A stretch of 32,000 nucleotides of DNA from Pyrodictium abyssi (GTDB lineage: Archaea; Thermoproteota; Thermoprotei_A; Sulfolobales; Pyrodictiaceae), in assembly GCF_036323395.1 (NCBI RefSeq), contig NZ_AP028907.1, positions 1,050,001-1,082,000 on the forward strand, in the 5' to 3' direction. The notes beneath the pieces are model-generated. The model saw nothing but the letters and a program-made list of their open reading frames with translations. It was not told the DNA's origin and searched no databases. Shown here piece after piece: positions 24,288 through 31,954 of this stretch. A program made the translations under genes and the position numbers. Within the stretch, counting starts at the first letter, position 1. Each line of letters starts with the position of its first letter.

Positions 24288-24669
24288 AGCGTCTACCAGC
24301 GCGCGTCTAATCTCGTAGCCCAGCTGTTCCAGCCTTCATGCACCCCGCTCCGGGAGTAGGGCCCCGAGCCGGGCTACCGGGGCCAGGTATGTATGCTGCG
24401 TGGCTCTCCAGGCGCCCCCTGTGCACAAGGGAGCAGCTTGTCCTCCAATGCTAGGAGGTTGTAGCCTGGCATTCCCGCGCCCGCGTCTCCGCGGAGTATT
24501 ACCCACATAATAGATTGTGTTAATACTACCGGGCTCTACACGGTACACAGCCTTAGTACCCGGTAAGCGGTGTTAACGCATCCGCGTTAAGCGTGCTACT
24601 GCTCCCACGAGAGGCCTACCAGGGCTACTCCTTGAAGCATACCCCTCGCCAGTACTTCCGACTAACCGG

Positions 24670-25029
24670 GTGCCTCTCGCCGTGCCGATAGTCTACCGCT
24701 GCCGTGTATGCGGCTTCATACTCCACGTCTTCGTCAAGGTCGGGCAGAACAGCTACGGCATACCGACCCCGAGTGAACTCTCGAGCCAGTTCGGCGGCAT
24801 CTGCCCCCGCTGTGGCAGCATGCTCAACACGCCTACGCTCAGCGACATAGTGATAAAGCCGAACGGGCCACAGGAGCTGCTAGCAGTGCTAGAAGAGGCA
24901 AAGCGCAGTATGAGAATAAGCTTCAGGAGCCTAGAGCGCTACCTCGCGGAGCTACGCCGCACAGTGCGCGTGACAGAGAGCATCGAAGCTCCATCATCCA
25001 TAGGCGGCTCGGTAGCGGTAGAGGCGTAA
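24670..25029 (+). CDS. Small Zn-ribbon protein, hypothetical
   Basis: GTG start. CRVCG...(31 aa)...CPRCG form a split CxxC pair, followed by a charged helical tail (LLAVLEEAKRSMRISFRSLERYLAELRR). Confidence 0.55.
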   Translation: MPLAVPIVYRCRVCGFILHVFVKVGQNSYGIPTPSELSSQFGGICPRCGSMLNTPTLSDIVIKPNGPQELLAVLEEAKRSMRISFRSLERYLAELRRTVRVTESIEAPSSIGGSVAVEA

Positions 25030-25191
25030 GAGGGGAGGGCTCCGACGGGATCGAGGCTCCGCACAGCCCCATGGGCTCCCCGGGGCTTCGGGGCAGGCTA
25101 CACTCGTCACAGCCCCCCGGGAGGGAGCCCTGTAGACCCTTTACTCCTCTTTTACGCGTGGGCCCTAGCCCCGGAGTAGTTGTGGACGCGG

Positions 25192-25698
25192 CTACCTCCT
25201 TACCGGCTTCGGCTCCGCAGCGTAGAGGACTGCTATCTTCTGGAGCGCTCGGCGTACTAGCTTGCCAGCAGCAGCCCTTGAGACGCCTAGCCGCGAGGCA
25301 ATACCGGTTATGGTCTCGGAGCCGCCCAGCATGCCGAGCACTGCTCTCTGCCTGGGCGTGAGTAGGAGCGAGCGGGCGTCCACCACCTCGACGCTTACGA
25401 GCCGGCTCTTGTTCCGGGATATTATCCTGCGGGTGGCGTTAGTGTACACGGCTACGAAGCGTATGAGCCCGCCAGGCAGCAGCACCGGCTGGCCCACAAC
25501 GTAGCTACCCTGGAGCAGCTGGGCGAGCACGCAGTCCCGGCAGCCGACCCGGAGCTTCTCCATGCGGCCCCTCTGGTCCTCTACTATGTGCTCTATCATC
25601 TCGCGAGCAGCGCCGCAGGAGCCGAAGGCCAGGTAGCTACGGGGCCTCAGCTCCCGCAGGAGCTGGCACTGTTTCATCGTGATTACTGCGAGCCTCAA
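25192..25698 (-). CDS. Transcription regulator: four-Cys N-terminal domain + C-terminal HTH (HTH_10/LuxR-like)
   Basis: LTPRQRAVLGMLGGSETITGIASRLGVSRAAAGKLVRRALQKI is an HTH of the bat/HTH_10 or sigma-70-r4 type. Cysteines are at ORF positions 11, 28, 53 and 56. TTG start at 25698, or ATG at 25677. Confidence 0.6.
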   Translation of the reverse strand: MRLAVITMKQCQLLRELRPRSYLAFGSCGAAREMIEHIVEDQRGRMEKLRVGCRDCVLAQLLQGSYVVGQPVLLPGGLIRFVAVYTNATRRIISRNKSRLVSVEVVDARSLLLTPRQRAVLGMLGGSETITGIASRLGVSRAAAGKLVRRALQKIAVLYAAEPKPVRR

Positions 25699-25740
25699 GA
25701 CGCGCTGCTCCCGGTACGGCTAACACGCGTCTAAGGAGAG

Positions 25741-25748
25741 CCTTATAC
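25741..25748. promoter_or_regulatory. TATA-like element (CCTTATAC / GTATAAGG) in the regulator-qNOR divergent spacer
   Basis: It lies about 45 nt upstream of the regulator TTG on the minus strand. It also precedes the qNOR gene on the plus strand. Confidence 0.3.
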
Positions 25749-25828
25749 CCGTCTCCGCTTACTGCCGTTAGAGGTCCAAACGTACCAGAATCGGTTACAC
25801 ATAGCATCGTCACGGCAGCTGATAAGCA

Positions 25829-28045
25829 TTGTGGTTGCGGGCTGTAGCCCCTACGCTAGTAACGCGACATGCCAGCTCCTCTTACACACGTGAACAAGGA
25901 GCCTGGAGGGACAGTCTGTTGAAGAACGGGTTGACAAAGCTCGTACTCGCAGTAGCAATACTAGTCTACGTAGTGTACGGCGTCATGGCGTTCTACACGT
26001 TCCAGAACCTCCCACCAGTACCCGACAAGGTGGTAACCAGTACCGGGGAAACACTCTTCACAGGCCAGGACATAGTCGAGGGCAAGGCGCTGGTACAGCA
26101 CTACGGCCTCCAGGACTATGGCAGCTTCCTCGGCTTCGGCGGCTACTTCGGCATGGACTACACGGCTTACACCCTCCACATACTCGCCGAGACAGCTAGA
26201 GAGGCGGGCGCAGACGACCTCAGAGCAGCCCTCGAGCCCGAGTTCATCCAGCAGGGCGGCGGGACCATAGCCGTGGTCAGCGACGTCTTCGCTGAAGGCT
26301 ACCGCCGCGCCCTAGACTTCTACACGAGGTTCTTCCGCGGAGAGATAGCCGAGACCCGCCTAGCGCTGGACCTCACGCCGGACGAGGCCAGGAAGATAAC
26401 AGCGTTCTTCACCTGGGGCGCCATGATAGCCATGAAGGGCTATACTAACGGGTTCCCCTACTACCCAGGCCTAGTAGAGCCGACGATATCCAGCGTCAAG
26501 GCGACCTGGGTGACGATATTCCTCCTGCTCCTAGTGGTAATGCCCCTGGTAGGCTACGTGCTGCTAAAGTTCATAGACTACTGGCGCGACCAGCGCGTAA
26601 CAGTCGAGCTACCGCCGCCGAGCCGCGCCCAGAGGCTAGCACTAGTAGGCATGGCGCTCGCAGCGCTGGGCTTCGCGGTGCAGGGGCTACTCGGCGGCTA
26701 CATGATGCACCTCTACGCCGAGCAGAGCCTCTACGGCGTAGACCTCACCGGGATACTGCCCTTCAACGTGGCCCGCGCGCTCCACTACAACCTAGCGATA
26801 CTATGGATAGTAGTAACGTGGGTATCATTCGCTATATTCATACTACCGTACTTCGGCGCCCGGATAACCGAGAAACACGCCTTAGCCATACTAGGCGCGG
26901 GTGCGGCTACAGCGTTAGGCATACTCTTCGGCATATGGCTGTCATACCTGGGCAAGATGCCGGATAGCGTCTGGTTCATACTGGGTAGCCAGGGCCGCCC
27001 AGTAATCTCCCAGGGCACCCTATGGCTCCTACTAGTAGCCGGGCTCCTAGCGTACCTAGCGCTCGTAGTCTACCGGACAGCGAAGACAACTCCCCTGGAG
27101 CCGGCGAGACCACTGCTGAAGATACTGGCGATAGGCCTCGCGGGCTCAGCAGCAGGCGCCTTCGTGGGCGCACTGCCGGTGGTTAAGCCCTGGAGCCACT
27201 TCACGGTGGACGAGTACTTCCGCTGGATAACCATACACAGCTTCGTAGAGGGCTTCTGGCCGGCAATACTGGTGCCGATACTGGTAGCCCTGCTGGTAGT
27301 CACGGGCCTAGTGCCGCCCAAGCTGGGCATAGCTGTGGCCGGTATGGACGCGGCCCTCGAGATAGCGTCAGGCATGATAGGTACTGCGCACCACTACTAC
27401 TGGGGCGGCGAGCCAACATTCTGGATGTACGTAGGCGCTGCTATGAGCACCCTAGAGGTGCTCCCCATAGGCTTCCTAATAGCCTACGCCATAGTCCTAT
27501 GGCGCCGCGGCGAGGTCAGCACAGAGCTGCAGAGGACCCTAGTGACATTCATACTCGTAGCGGCGCTGGGCGGCGCAATAGGCGTCATAGCGTTCGGCGC
27601 CGGCCTCATCAACATGCCTGTGGTCAACTACTACCTCCACGGCAGCCAGGGCACAATGGTGCACGCGCACCTGGCAATGCCGCTAGCGTACGGCATCCCG
27701 AGCATACTGATGTGGGTGGTAGCGTTCTACCTCGCTGGCGGCTTTAGCGACTCGACGCTCCGCAAGCTACGCAAGGCAGCAGTGGTGATGGCTGTAGGCT
27801 TCTACCTGCAGATACTCCTCTCGCTGGGCCCGCTAATGCTCAAGCAGTTCAACGCTGGGAGCAGCCAGGGCTACTGGTTCATAAAGAGCCTAGTAGCGCC
27901 CGACGGCTCGCTAGGCTTCTGGATGGACGGCACAGTGAAGGCACTGGTATGGGCTAGGCTCGTAGGCGACCTCGTGGTCGCAGCAGCCCTGCTAATATTC
28001 CTCGTGGAGATAGCCAAGGCGCTCCCGAGAGCGCTAAAAGGCTAG
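25829..28045 (+). CDS. norZ: Quinol-dependent nitric-oxide reductase (qNOR, NorB-like heme-copper oxidase superfamily with N-terminal extension)
   Basis: Motifs are IHSFVEGFWP (HxxVEG), GTAHHYYWGGEP (HH pair) and GSQGTMVHAHLAMPLAYG (HxH heme ligands). The ~740-aa length and an N-terminal single TM helix plus soluble domain are typical of qNOR. The likely true start is TTG 25919, preceded by GGAGGG 9 nt upstream. Confidence 0.8.
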   Translation: MWLRAVAPTLVTRHASSSYTREQGAWRDSLLKNGLTKLVLAVAILVYVVYGVMAFYTFQNLPPVPDKVVTSTGETLFTGQDIVEGKALVQHYGLQDYGSFLGFGGYFGMDYTAYTLHILAETAREAGADDLRAALEPEFIQQGGGTIAVVSDVFAEGYRRALDFYTRFFRGEIAETRLALDLTPDEARKITAFFTWGAMIAMKGYTNGFPYYPGLVEPTISSVKATWVTIFLLLLVVMPLVGYVLLKFIDYWRDQRVTVELPPPSRAQRLALVGMALAALGFAVQGLLGGYMMHLYAEQSLYGVDLTGILPFNVARALHYNLAILWIVVTWVSFAIFILPYFGARITEKHALAILGAGAATALGILFGIWLSYLGKMPDSVWFILGSQGRPVISQGTLWLLLVAGLLAYLALVVYRTAKTTPLEPARPLLKILAIGLAGSAAGAFVGALPVVKPWSHFTVDEYFRWITIHSFVEGFWPAILVPILVALLVVTGLVPPKLGIAVAGMDAALEIASGMIGTAHHYYWGGEPTFWMYVGAAMSTLEVLPIGFLIAYAIVLWRRGEVSTELQRTLVTFILVAALGGAIGVIAFGAGLINMPVVNYYLHGSQGTMVHAHLAMPLAYGIPSILMWVVAFYLAGGFSDSTLRKLRKAAVVMAVGFYLQILLSLGPLMLKQFNAGSSQGYWFIKSLVAPDGSLGFWMDGTVKALVWARLVGDLVVAAALLIFLVEIAKALPRALKG

Positions 28046-28081
28046 CCAGACCCGGGCTCGACAGCCCCTAGCCCATACCCG

Positions 28082-28086
28082 TTTTT
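28082..28086 (+). terminator. T5 tract downstream of qNOR
   Basis: CCCGTTTTTAGGG lies 37 nt after the qNOR TAG, in the 48-nt convergent spacer. Confidence 0.35.
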
Positions 28087-28093
28087 AGGGCGG

Positions 28094-29128
28094 CTAGAAG
28101 TGCTCAGCCCCTCTCCCCCACCCCTGGAAGTTGTCCCAGCCACGTGGCTCCAGCGTTCTCCCCCGGTGTAGTATCCCGGGCCCCTCGTGGTTCAGGACCC
28201 TGCCTATACGGGCTACACGCAGCCCTATAGCCTCCGCCTCCTCCTCGACTAGGTCTGCGCAGCCAGGCTTCACGGTGAAGACTACCTCGAACTCCTGGCC
28301 ACCGTAGAGCGCGAGGATCATGGGGTCCAGGCTCTTCTCCGAGGCGTAGTCCACTGCCTCCCTCTCGACGGGGACATCCTCTACCTCTATAGCGGCGCCA
28401 GCAGACCGGGAGAGGAGCCATAGGCTGAAGGCGAGCCCGTCGCTGGTATCCGCGGACCCCGTTAGGCAGCCCTGTGGCAGCCTCTCGGCTAGCTCGGCGA
28501 AGCCAAGCCGCGCGAGGGGCCGTGCCATCTCCCTGAAGGCCCTCGGGTAGGACTTGATGTCCTCCCTCCACGTACCCTCGGCTAGCGAGTGGAACACGAG
28601 CCCGCCGAGCCCGAGCCGCCCAGCAGTAGTGTAGACTAGGTCGCCCCTGCCCGGGCGGCGCGGCACCGGCACAGCCCGGGCGACGCCCACGGCTGCTACG
28701 TCGACCCAGCCGCAGCCCCTCCCATGGCAGCTGTTGAGGTCGCCGCCTGCTAGCCAGCCGCCGTGCGCCCTCGCAGCCTCAGCGGCGCCCCTCACGAGCT
28801 CCTCTAGCTCCTCTACCGTGGCCTCTGGGTCTAGACCGAGCGAGACTAGGAACACGAGTGGCCGGCCGGCCTTCGCGGCTAGGTCGCTAGCGGCTGCAGC
28901 GACCTGGAGCCAGCCAAGGTCCCCGAGGCTCATCCAGGGGGCCAGGTTGGAGGCTATGCCGCCTCCGTCGATCTTGACGAGGAGGTGCGCGGCGCCGGGC
29001 CCGGCGCAGGACGCGTCGTCCCCCGGGGCTAGGCTGCGGCAGCGCCACTGGCCCTGGAGGAGCCTAGTCAGGAGCTCGGTGGCACGGTGCTCCCCTATCT
29101 CGGCGAGCTTTGTGCCGCGCCGGTGCAA
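28094..29128 (-). CDS. thiL: Thiamine-monophosphate kinase (ThiL; PurM/AIR-synthase-related fold)
   Basis: Contains KLAEIGEHRATELLTRLL, GDDAS, LLVKIDGG and a PurM-like C-domain. I place the start at TTG 29128. The Arg-rich 100-codon extension of the track ORF overlaps the upstream gene and looks non-coding. Confidence 0.65.
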   Translation of the reverse strand: MHRRGTKLAEIGEHRATELLTRLLQGQWRCRSLAPGDDASCAGPGAAHLLVKIDGGGIASNLAPWMSLGDLGWLQVAAAASDLAAKAGRPLVFLVSLGLDPEATVEELEELVRGAAEAARAHGGWLAGGDLNSCHGRGCGWVDVAAVGVARAVPVPRRPGRGDLVYTTAGRLGLGGLVFHSLAEGTWREDIKSYPRAFREMARPLARLGFAELAERLPQGCLTGSADTSDGLAFSLWLLSRSAGAAIEVEDVPVEREAVDYASEKSLDPMILALYGGQEFEVVFTVKPGCADLVEEEAEAIGLRVARIGRVLNHEGPGILHRGRTLEPRGWDNFQGWGRGAEHF

Positions 29129-29175
29129 AACAACACCCCTGGCTAGGGCACCGGGCCAGCCCCGGGGGCCCAGCG

Positions 29176-30165
29176 CTACTGTAGCTTCATGGACTCGAGG
29201 CCCCGGTGCCCGGTGCGGCGTAGCGCCTCGTCTATGCGGCCCCACGCCTCCTCCGTGGCTGCTACGACCACGCTGCCTACCCGCACGACCTGGGTCAGCG
29301 TCGCGGCTCTCTTCTCGACGGCCACGCGGGCGCCTGCCTCGCTCGCTAGCCAGATAGCGGCGGCCACGTCTACTACGCGGAGCCGGCCACGGACGTCTAT
29401 GAACGCCTCGGCGCGGCCGAGCCCAGCCCACGCTATCTCGAGGCTAGCGCTGCCCAGAGCCCTTACGCTCCTCTTGTCCCCGGTTAGCCGCAGGTACTCA
29501 TGCACAACAGCGGCCTGCTCGGGCTTCTCGACGTAGGCTAGGACGAGCCTCGTCCTCCGGCCCGTCTCGACCGTGACCCGGGCGCCGCCCTCGTACGCGC
29601 CCTTTCCGCGGGCGAAGCTGAGCACAGGCCAGGGGAACACAGGGGCCACAGCGCCAGCGGCCACGTCTGCTAGGCTGGGCTCCCGGCCCTGAGGCAGCGG
29701 GGCGATGGCTATGCTGACAGCGCTCCACGGGACTAGGCCAGCGTAGTTCTTGCTGCCGTCGAGCGGGTCGGCCACCACTATGTAGGGGTCGTCACCGAGC
29801 TTGACTAGGCCGTGCTCCTCGCCCAGGAAGAGGCCGCGGAACCCCTCGGCCTCGAGGAGCTCTATGATGTTCTGCTCGCTCTCGACGTCTATCCTCATGC
29901 CCTCGTCTCCGTCGTGGCCGTGCACAGCGACAACGCTGAGGAGCTCCTCGAGGCCGAAGCGGTCGCGGAGGTACGCGGCGGCTTCCCCGGCGACGCGTAC
30001 AGCGAGCCTCCGGAGGTCCTCGAGCTCGCGGCGCTCCGCGAGGAGAGTCTCCACCAGGCTCCCTGGAGACCCGGCGGGCCCGGGCCCCCCTTTATCCGGG
30101 TTCCGGTTGCCGGCGAGTCCGGGACTCGTGATACCCGCTTCCCACAGCCCGACACAATCCAACAT
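29176..30165 (-). CDS. suhB: Inositol-monophosphatase / FBPase-family phosphatase
   Basis: Contains FLGEEHG, VVADPLDGSKNY and VVDVAAAIWLASEAGA (WD-x-AAG-like). ATG 30165 overlaps the upstream stop as TAATG. An alternative GTG at 30054 is possible. Confidence 0.8.
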   Translation of the reverse strand: MLDCVGLWEAGITSPGLAGNRNPDKGGPGPAGSPGSLVETLLAERRELEDLRRLAVRVAGEAAAYLRDRFGLEELLSVVAVHGHDGDEGMRIDVESEQNIIELLEAEGFRGLFLGEEHGLVKLGDDPYIVVADPLDGSKNYAGLVPWSAVSIAIAPLPQGREPSLADVAAGAVAPVFPWPVLSFARGKGAYEGGARVTVETGRRTRLVLAYVEKPEQAAVVHEYLRLTGDKRSVRALGSASLEIAWAGLGRAEAFIDVRGRLRVVDVAAAIWLASEAGARVAVEKRAATLTQVVRVGSVVVAATEEAWGRIDEALRRTGHRGLESMKLQ

Positions 30166-31112
30166 TATCGATACTCCCGGATTACCCCGCGTAGCAGCCT
30201 ATGCTGCAACAGCCTACGGTGCACAGCCATAACCTGGCCGTCCTCGCCCCGGAAGGCGAGCACGCCAGCCCAGTAGTCCACCACGCGGAGCCTCCGGCCC
30301 AGCAGCTTCACCGGGTCGGCCACGCGCCTGGCCGAGAGCAGCCAGCCGGGTTCCCGCGGCGCCACGGCGTAGGCGCGGAACCTCCCCTCGAGGCCCAGGC
30401 TGGCTAGCATCCTCGCGAGCCTCTCCGCGGCCCTCGTCCAGCCGTCCTCCTCCTGGAGCCGGGTGAGCGCCCCAGCTGCTAGCCTGAACCTCTCCTCCAG
30501 CCTCGCAGCCGCGCCCTCCGTGGCCAGCCTCATCCTGCCGAGCCGCTTCTCGGTCTCTCTCGCGTCTAGCAGCCCGCCCTCGTAGACCCGGGCGGCGGCT
30601 ACGTGTGGCTGCTCGGCTATTCTCCATAGCAGCCTCCAGCTCTGGGTAAGCCCTACCTTGACCCTAGAGCCGCCGTAGTCCAGCACGTAGACGGCGAACT
30701 CCTCGCCAGGATTCAGCCGGTGCGCCTCGAGGCATGCAGGCTCGTGGCCCTGGGCGCAGCGCTCGTAGAGGGCCTTCCAGCTACCCCGGTGCAGCACGCA
30801 GTAGCCGTCCCGAGTAACAGCCCTGTTGACGCAATACCGGTGGCTCAGTGGCTCACCACGGGGTCCCTCGTGGAACCTGCAGAGAAGGTCCCCGAGCCCC
30901 TCCACGGCTATGACGGGGCTCCAGGCCACCGATACGCTGCGGCTCGGCGGCTCCTGGACGAGGAGCCCCACCCGCGCGACCCTGGACACCTCGAGGTCTA
31001 GCTCTACGCGCGGGCCGCCGCCGAGCCAGGAGTCCAGCCCGCTGCCACGGGCCTCCGCGTGGAACAGGCCCAGCGGCTCGGCCTCGAAGACTACGGCGCG
31101 CAGTACTGGCAC
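30165..31112 (-). CDS. Hypothetical Cys/His-cluster protein, DUF2797-like
   Basis: GTG start. A C/H-rich stretch CRFH...HRYCVNRAVTRDGYCVLH...CAQGHEPAC is followed by FAVYVLDYGGSRVKVGLTQSWRLLWRIAEQ, which matches my recollection of the DUF2797 core. The family name is unverified. Confidence 0.5.
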   Translation of the reverse strand: MPVLRAVVFEAEPLGLFHAEARGSGLDSWLGGGPRVELDLEVSRVARVGLLVQEPPSRSVSVAWSPVIAVEGLGDLLCRFHEGPRGEPLSHRYCVNRAVTRDGYCVLHRGSWKALYERCAQGHEPACLEAHRLNPGEEFAVYVLDYGGSRVKVGLTQSWRLLWRIAEQPHVAAARVYEGGLLDARETEKRLGRMRLATEGAAARLEERFRLAAGALTRLQEEDGWTRAAERLARMLASLGLEGRFRAYAVAPREPGWLLSARRVADPVKLLGRRLRVVDYWAGVLAFRGEDGQVMAVHRRLLQHRLLRGVIREYR

Positions 31113-31159
31113 AGCTGTCCCGGCCCCCTACGCGGCGACGGCGGCTCAAGCCCCCCGGC

Positions 31160-31166
31160 TTAAATA
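31160..31166. promoter_or_regulatory. Near-palindromic TATA box (TTAAATA / TATTTAA) in the divergent spacer upstream of cdvA
   Basis: It lies 48-54 nt upstream of both the cdvA ATG (31214) and the divergent GTG (31112). This is the spacing expected for an archaeal TATA plus a short 5' UTR. Confidence 0.4.
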
Positions 31167-31213
31167 CCCGCTCGTGCCGCCCCTAGAATAGCTACCAGCG
31201 GTGGCTCCGGGAT

Positions 31214-31954
31214 ATGCCCAGGATGCCTCTCACGGTAGACAGGGTACAGGAGTTCATAGGCGAGACAGTCTACGACCCCTATGGCCGCGTCGCTGGCAGG
31301 CTTGTGAGCTTCGAAAGCGACGTGGACGGTACTGTCCAGAATGTGGTCGTAGAGACAGAGTCCAGGGATATACGCTTCATACCAGCTGAGGCCATAGAGA
31401 TCAAGGATGGTCGTGTCATAGTCTGGCCCGAGTGGAAGGTGGTAGCCTACAAGGTGATAGCGAGCTACCAGCGCGCCCTCAAGAGGCTCAAGGGTCTAGA
31501 GGACATGTACAGCCGCAACGAGATACCCAGCGTAGTCTACCACGAGATGAGGAAGAGGCTCAACGCGAGCATATCCAAGCTCAAGGACGAGGCTAAGAAG
31601 CTCCGCGAGATGATAACCCAAAGGATGCACGAAATAGAGGATAGCAACCTCAAGCTAGACCGCGCCATAGCAAACCTCAAGGTCTCCTACATGGCGGGCG
31701 AGATAGGCGAGAAGGCCTACAAGACAGCCATAGAGCACCTACGCGGCGCAAAGGACAGCAACGCCAGGGAGCTAGAGGACCTAAAGTCGACCAAGAACAA
31801 GGTAGAGGCCCTCGAGAACGGCGCCCTAGACCTCGTAAAGTCCAGAACGTCAGAGTCCAAGGCCGAGGACAAGAAGCAGCCGGAGCCGGCAAAGGCCCCG
31901 GCGTCGCCGATACAGGGGCTGCAGCCGATACCCGTCAAGGTAATCGAGGGCTAA
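31214..31954 (+). CDS. cdvA: Cell-division protein CdvA
   Basis: The N-terminus has the PRC-barrel-like pattern VQEFIGETVYDPYGRVAGRLVSFESDVDGTVQNVVVET. A long coiled coil follows, then an acidic/Pro-rich linker. The short hydrophobic C-terminal peptide (PIQGLQPIPVKVIEG) sits where the ESCRT-III-binding (E3B) element is found in CdvA. Confidence 0.75.
   Translation: MPRMPLTVDRVQEFIGETVYDPYGRVAGRLVSFESDVDGTVQNVVVETESRDIRFIPAEAIEIKDGRVIVWPEWKVVAYKVIASYQRALKRLKGLEDMYSRNEIPSVVYHEMRKRLNASISKLKDEAKKLREMITQRMHEIEDSNLKLDRAIANLKVSYMAGEIGEKAYKTAIEHLRGAKDSNARELEDLKSTKNKVEALENGALDLVKSRTSESKAEDKKQPEPAKAPASPIQGLQPIPVKVIEG

Noticed and set aside
24336-24548. 70-aa minus-strand ORF in the aldolase/Zn-ribbon spacer
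   Set aside because: It has no RBS, atypical composition, and spans hairpin and TATA-like elements. The region is more plausibly non-coding.
28104-29357. 155-aa (minus) and 207-aa (plus) ORFs overlapping thiL
   Set aside because: They are shadow frames of thiL with no motifs and biased composition.
29129-29431. N-terminal 100-codon extension of the thiL track ORF (28094..29431)
   Set aside because: The Arg-rich sequence (MGWARPRRGVHRRPWPAPRSRRGRR...) overlaps the 3' end of the IMPase gene. The ThiL-like sequence only begins at KLAEIGEH, just after TTG 29128.
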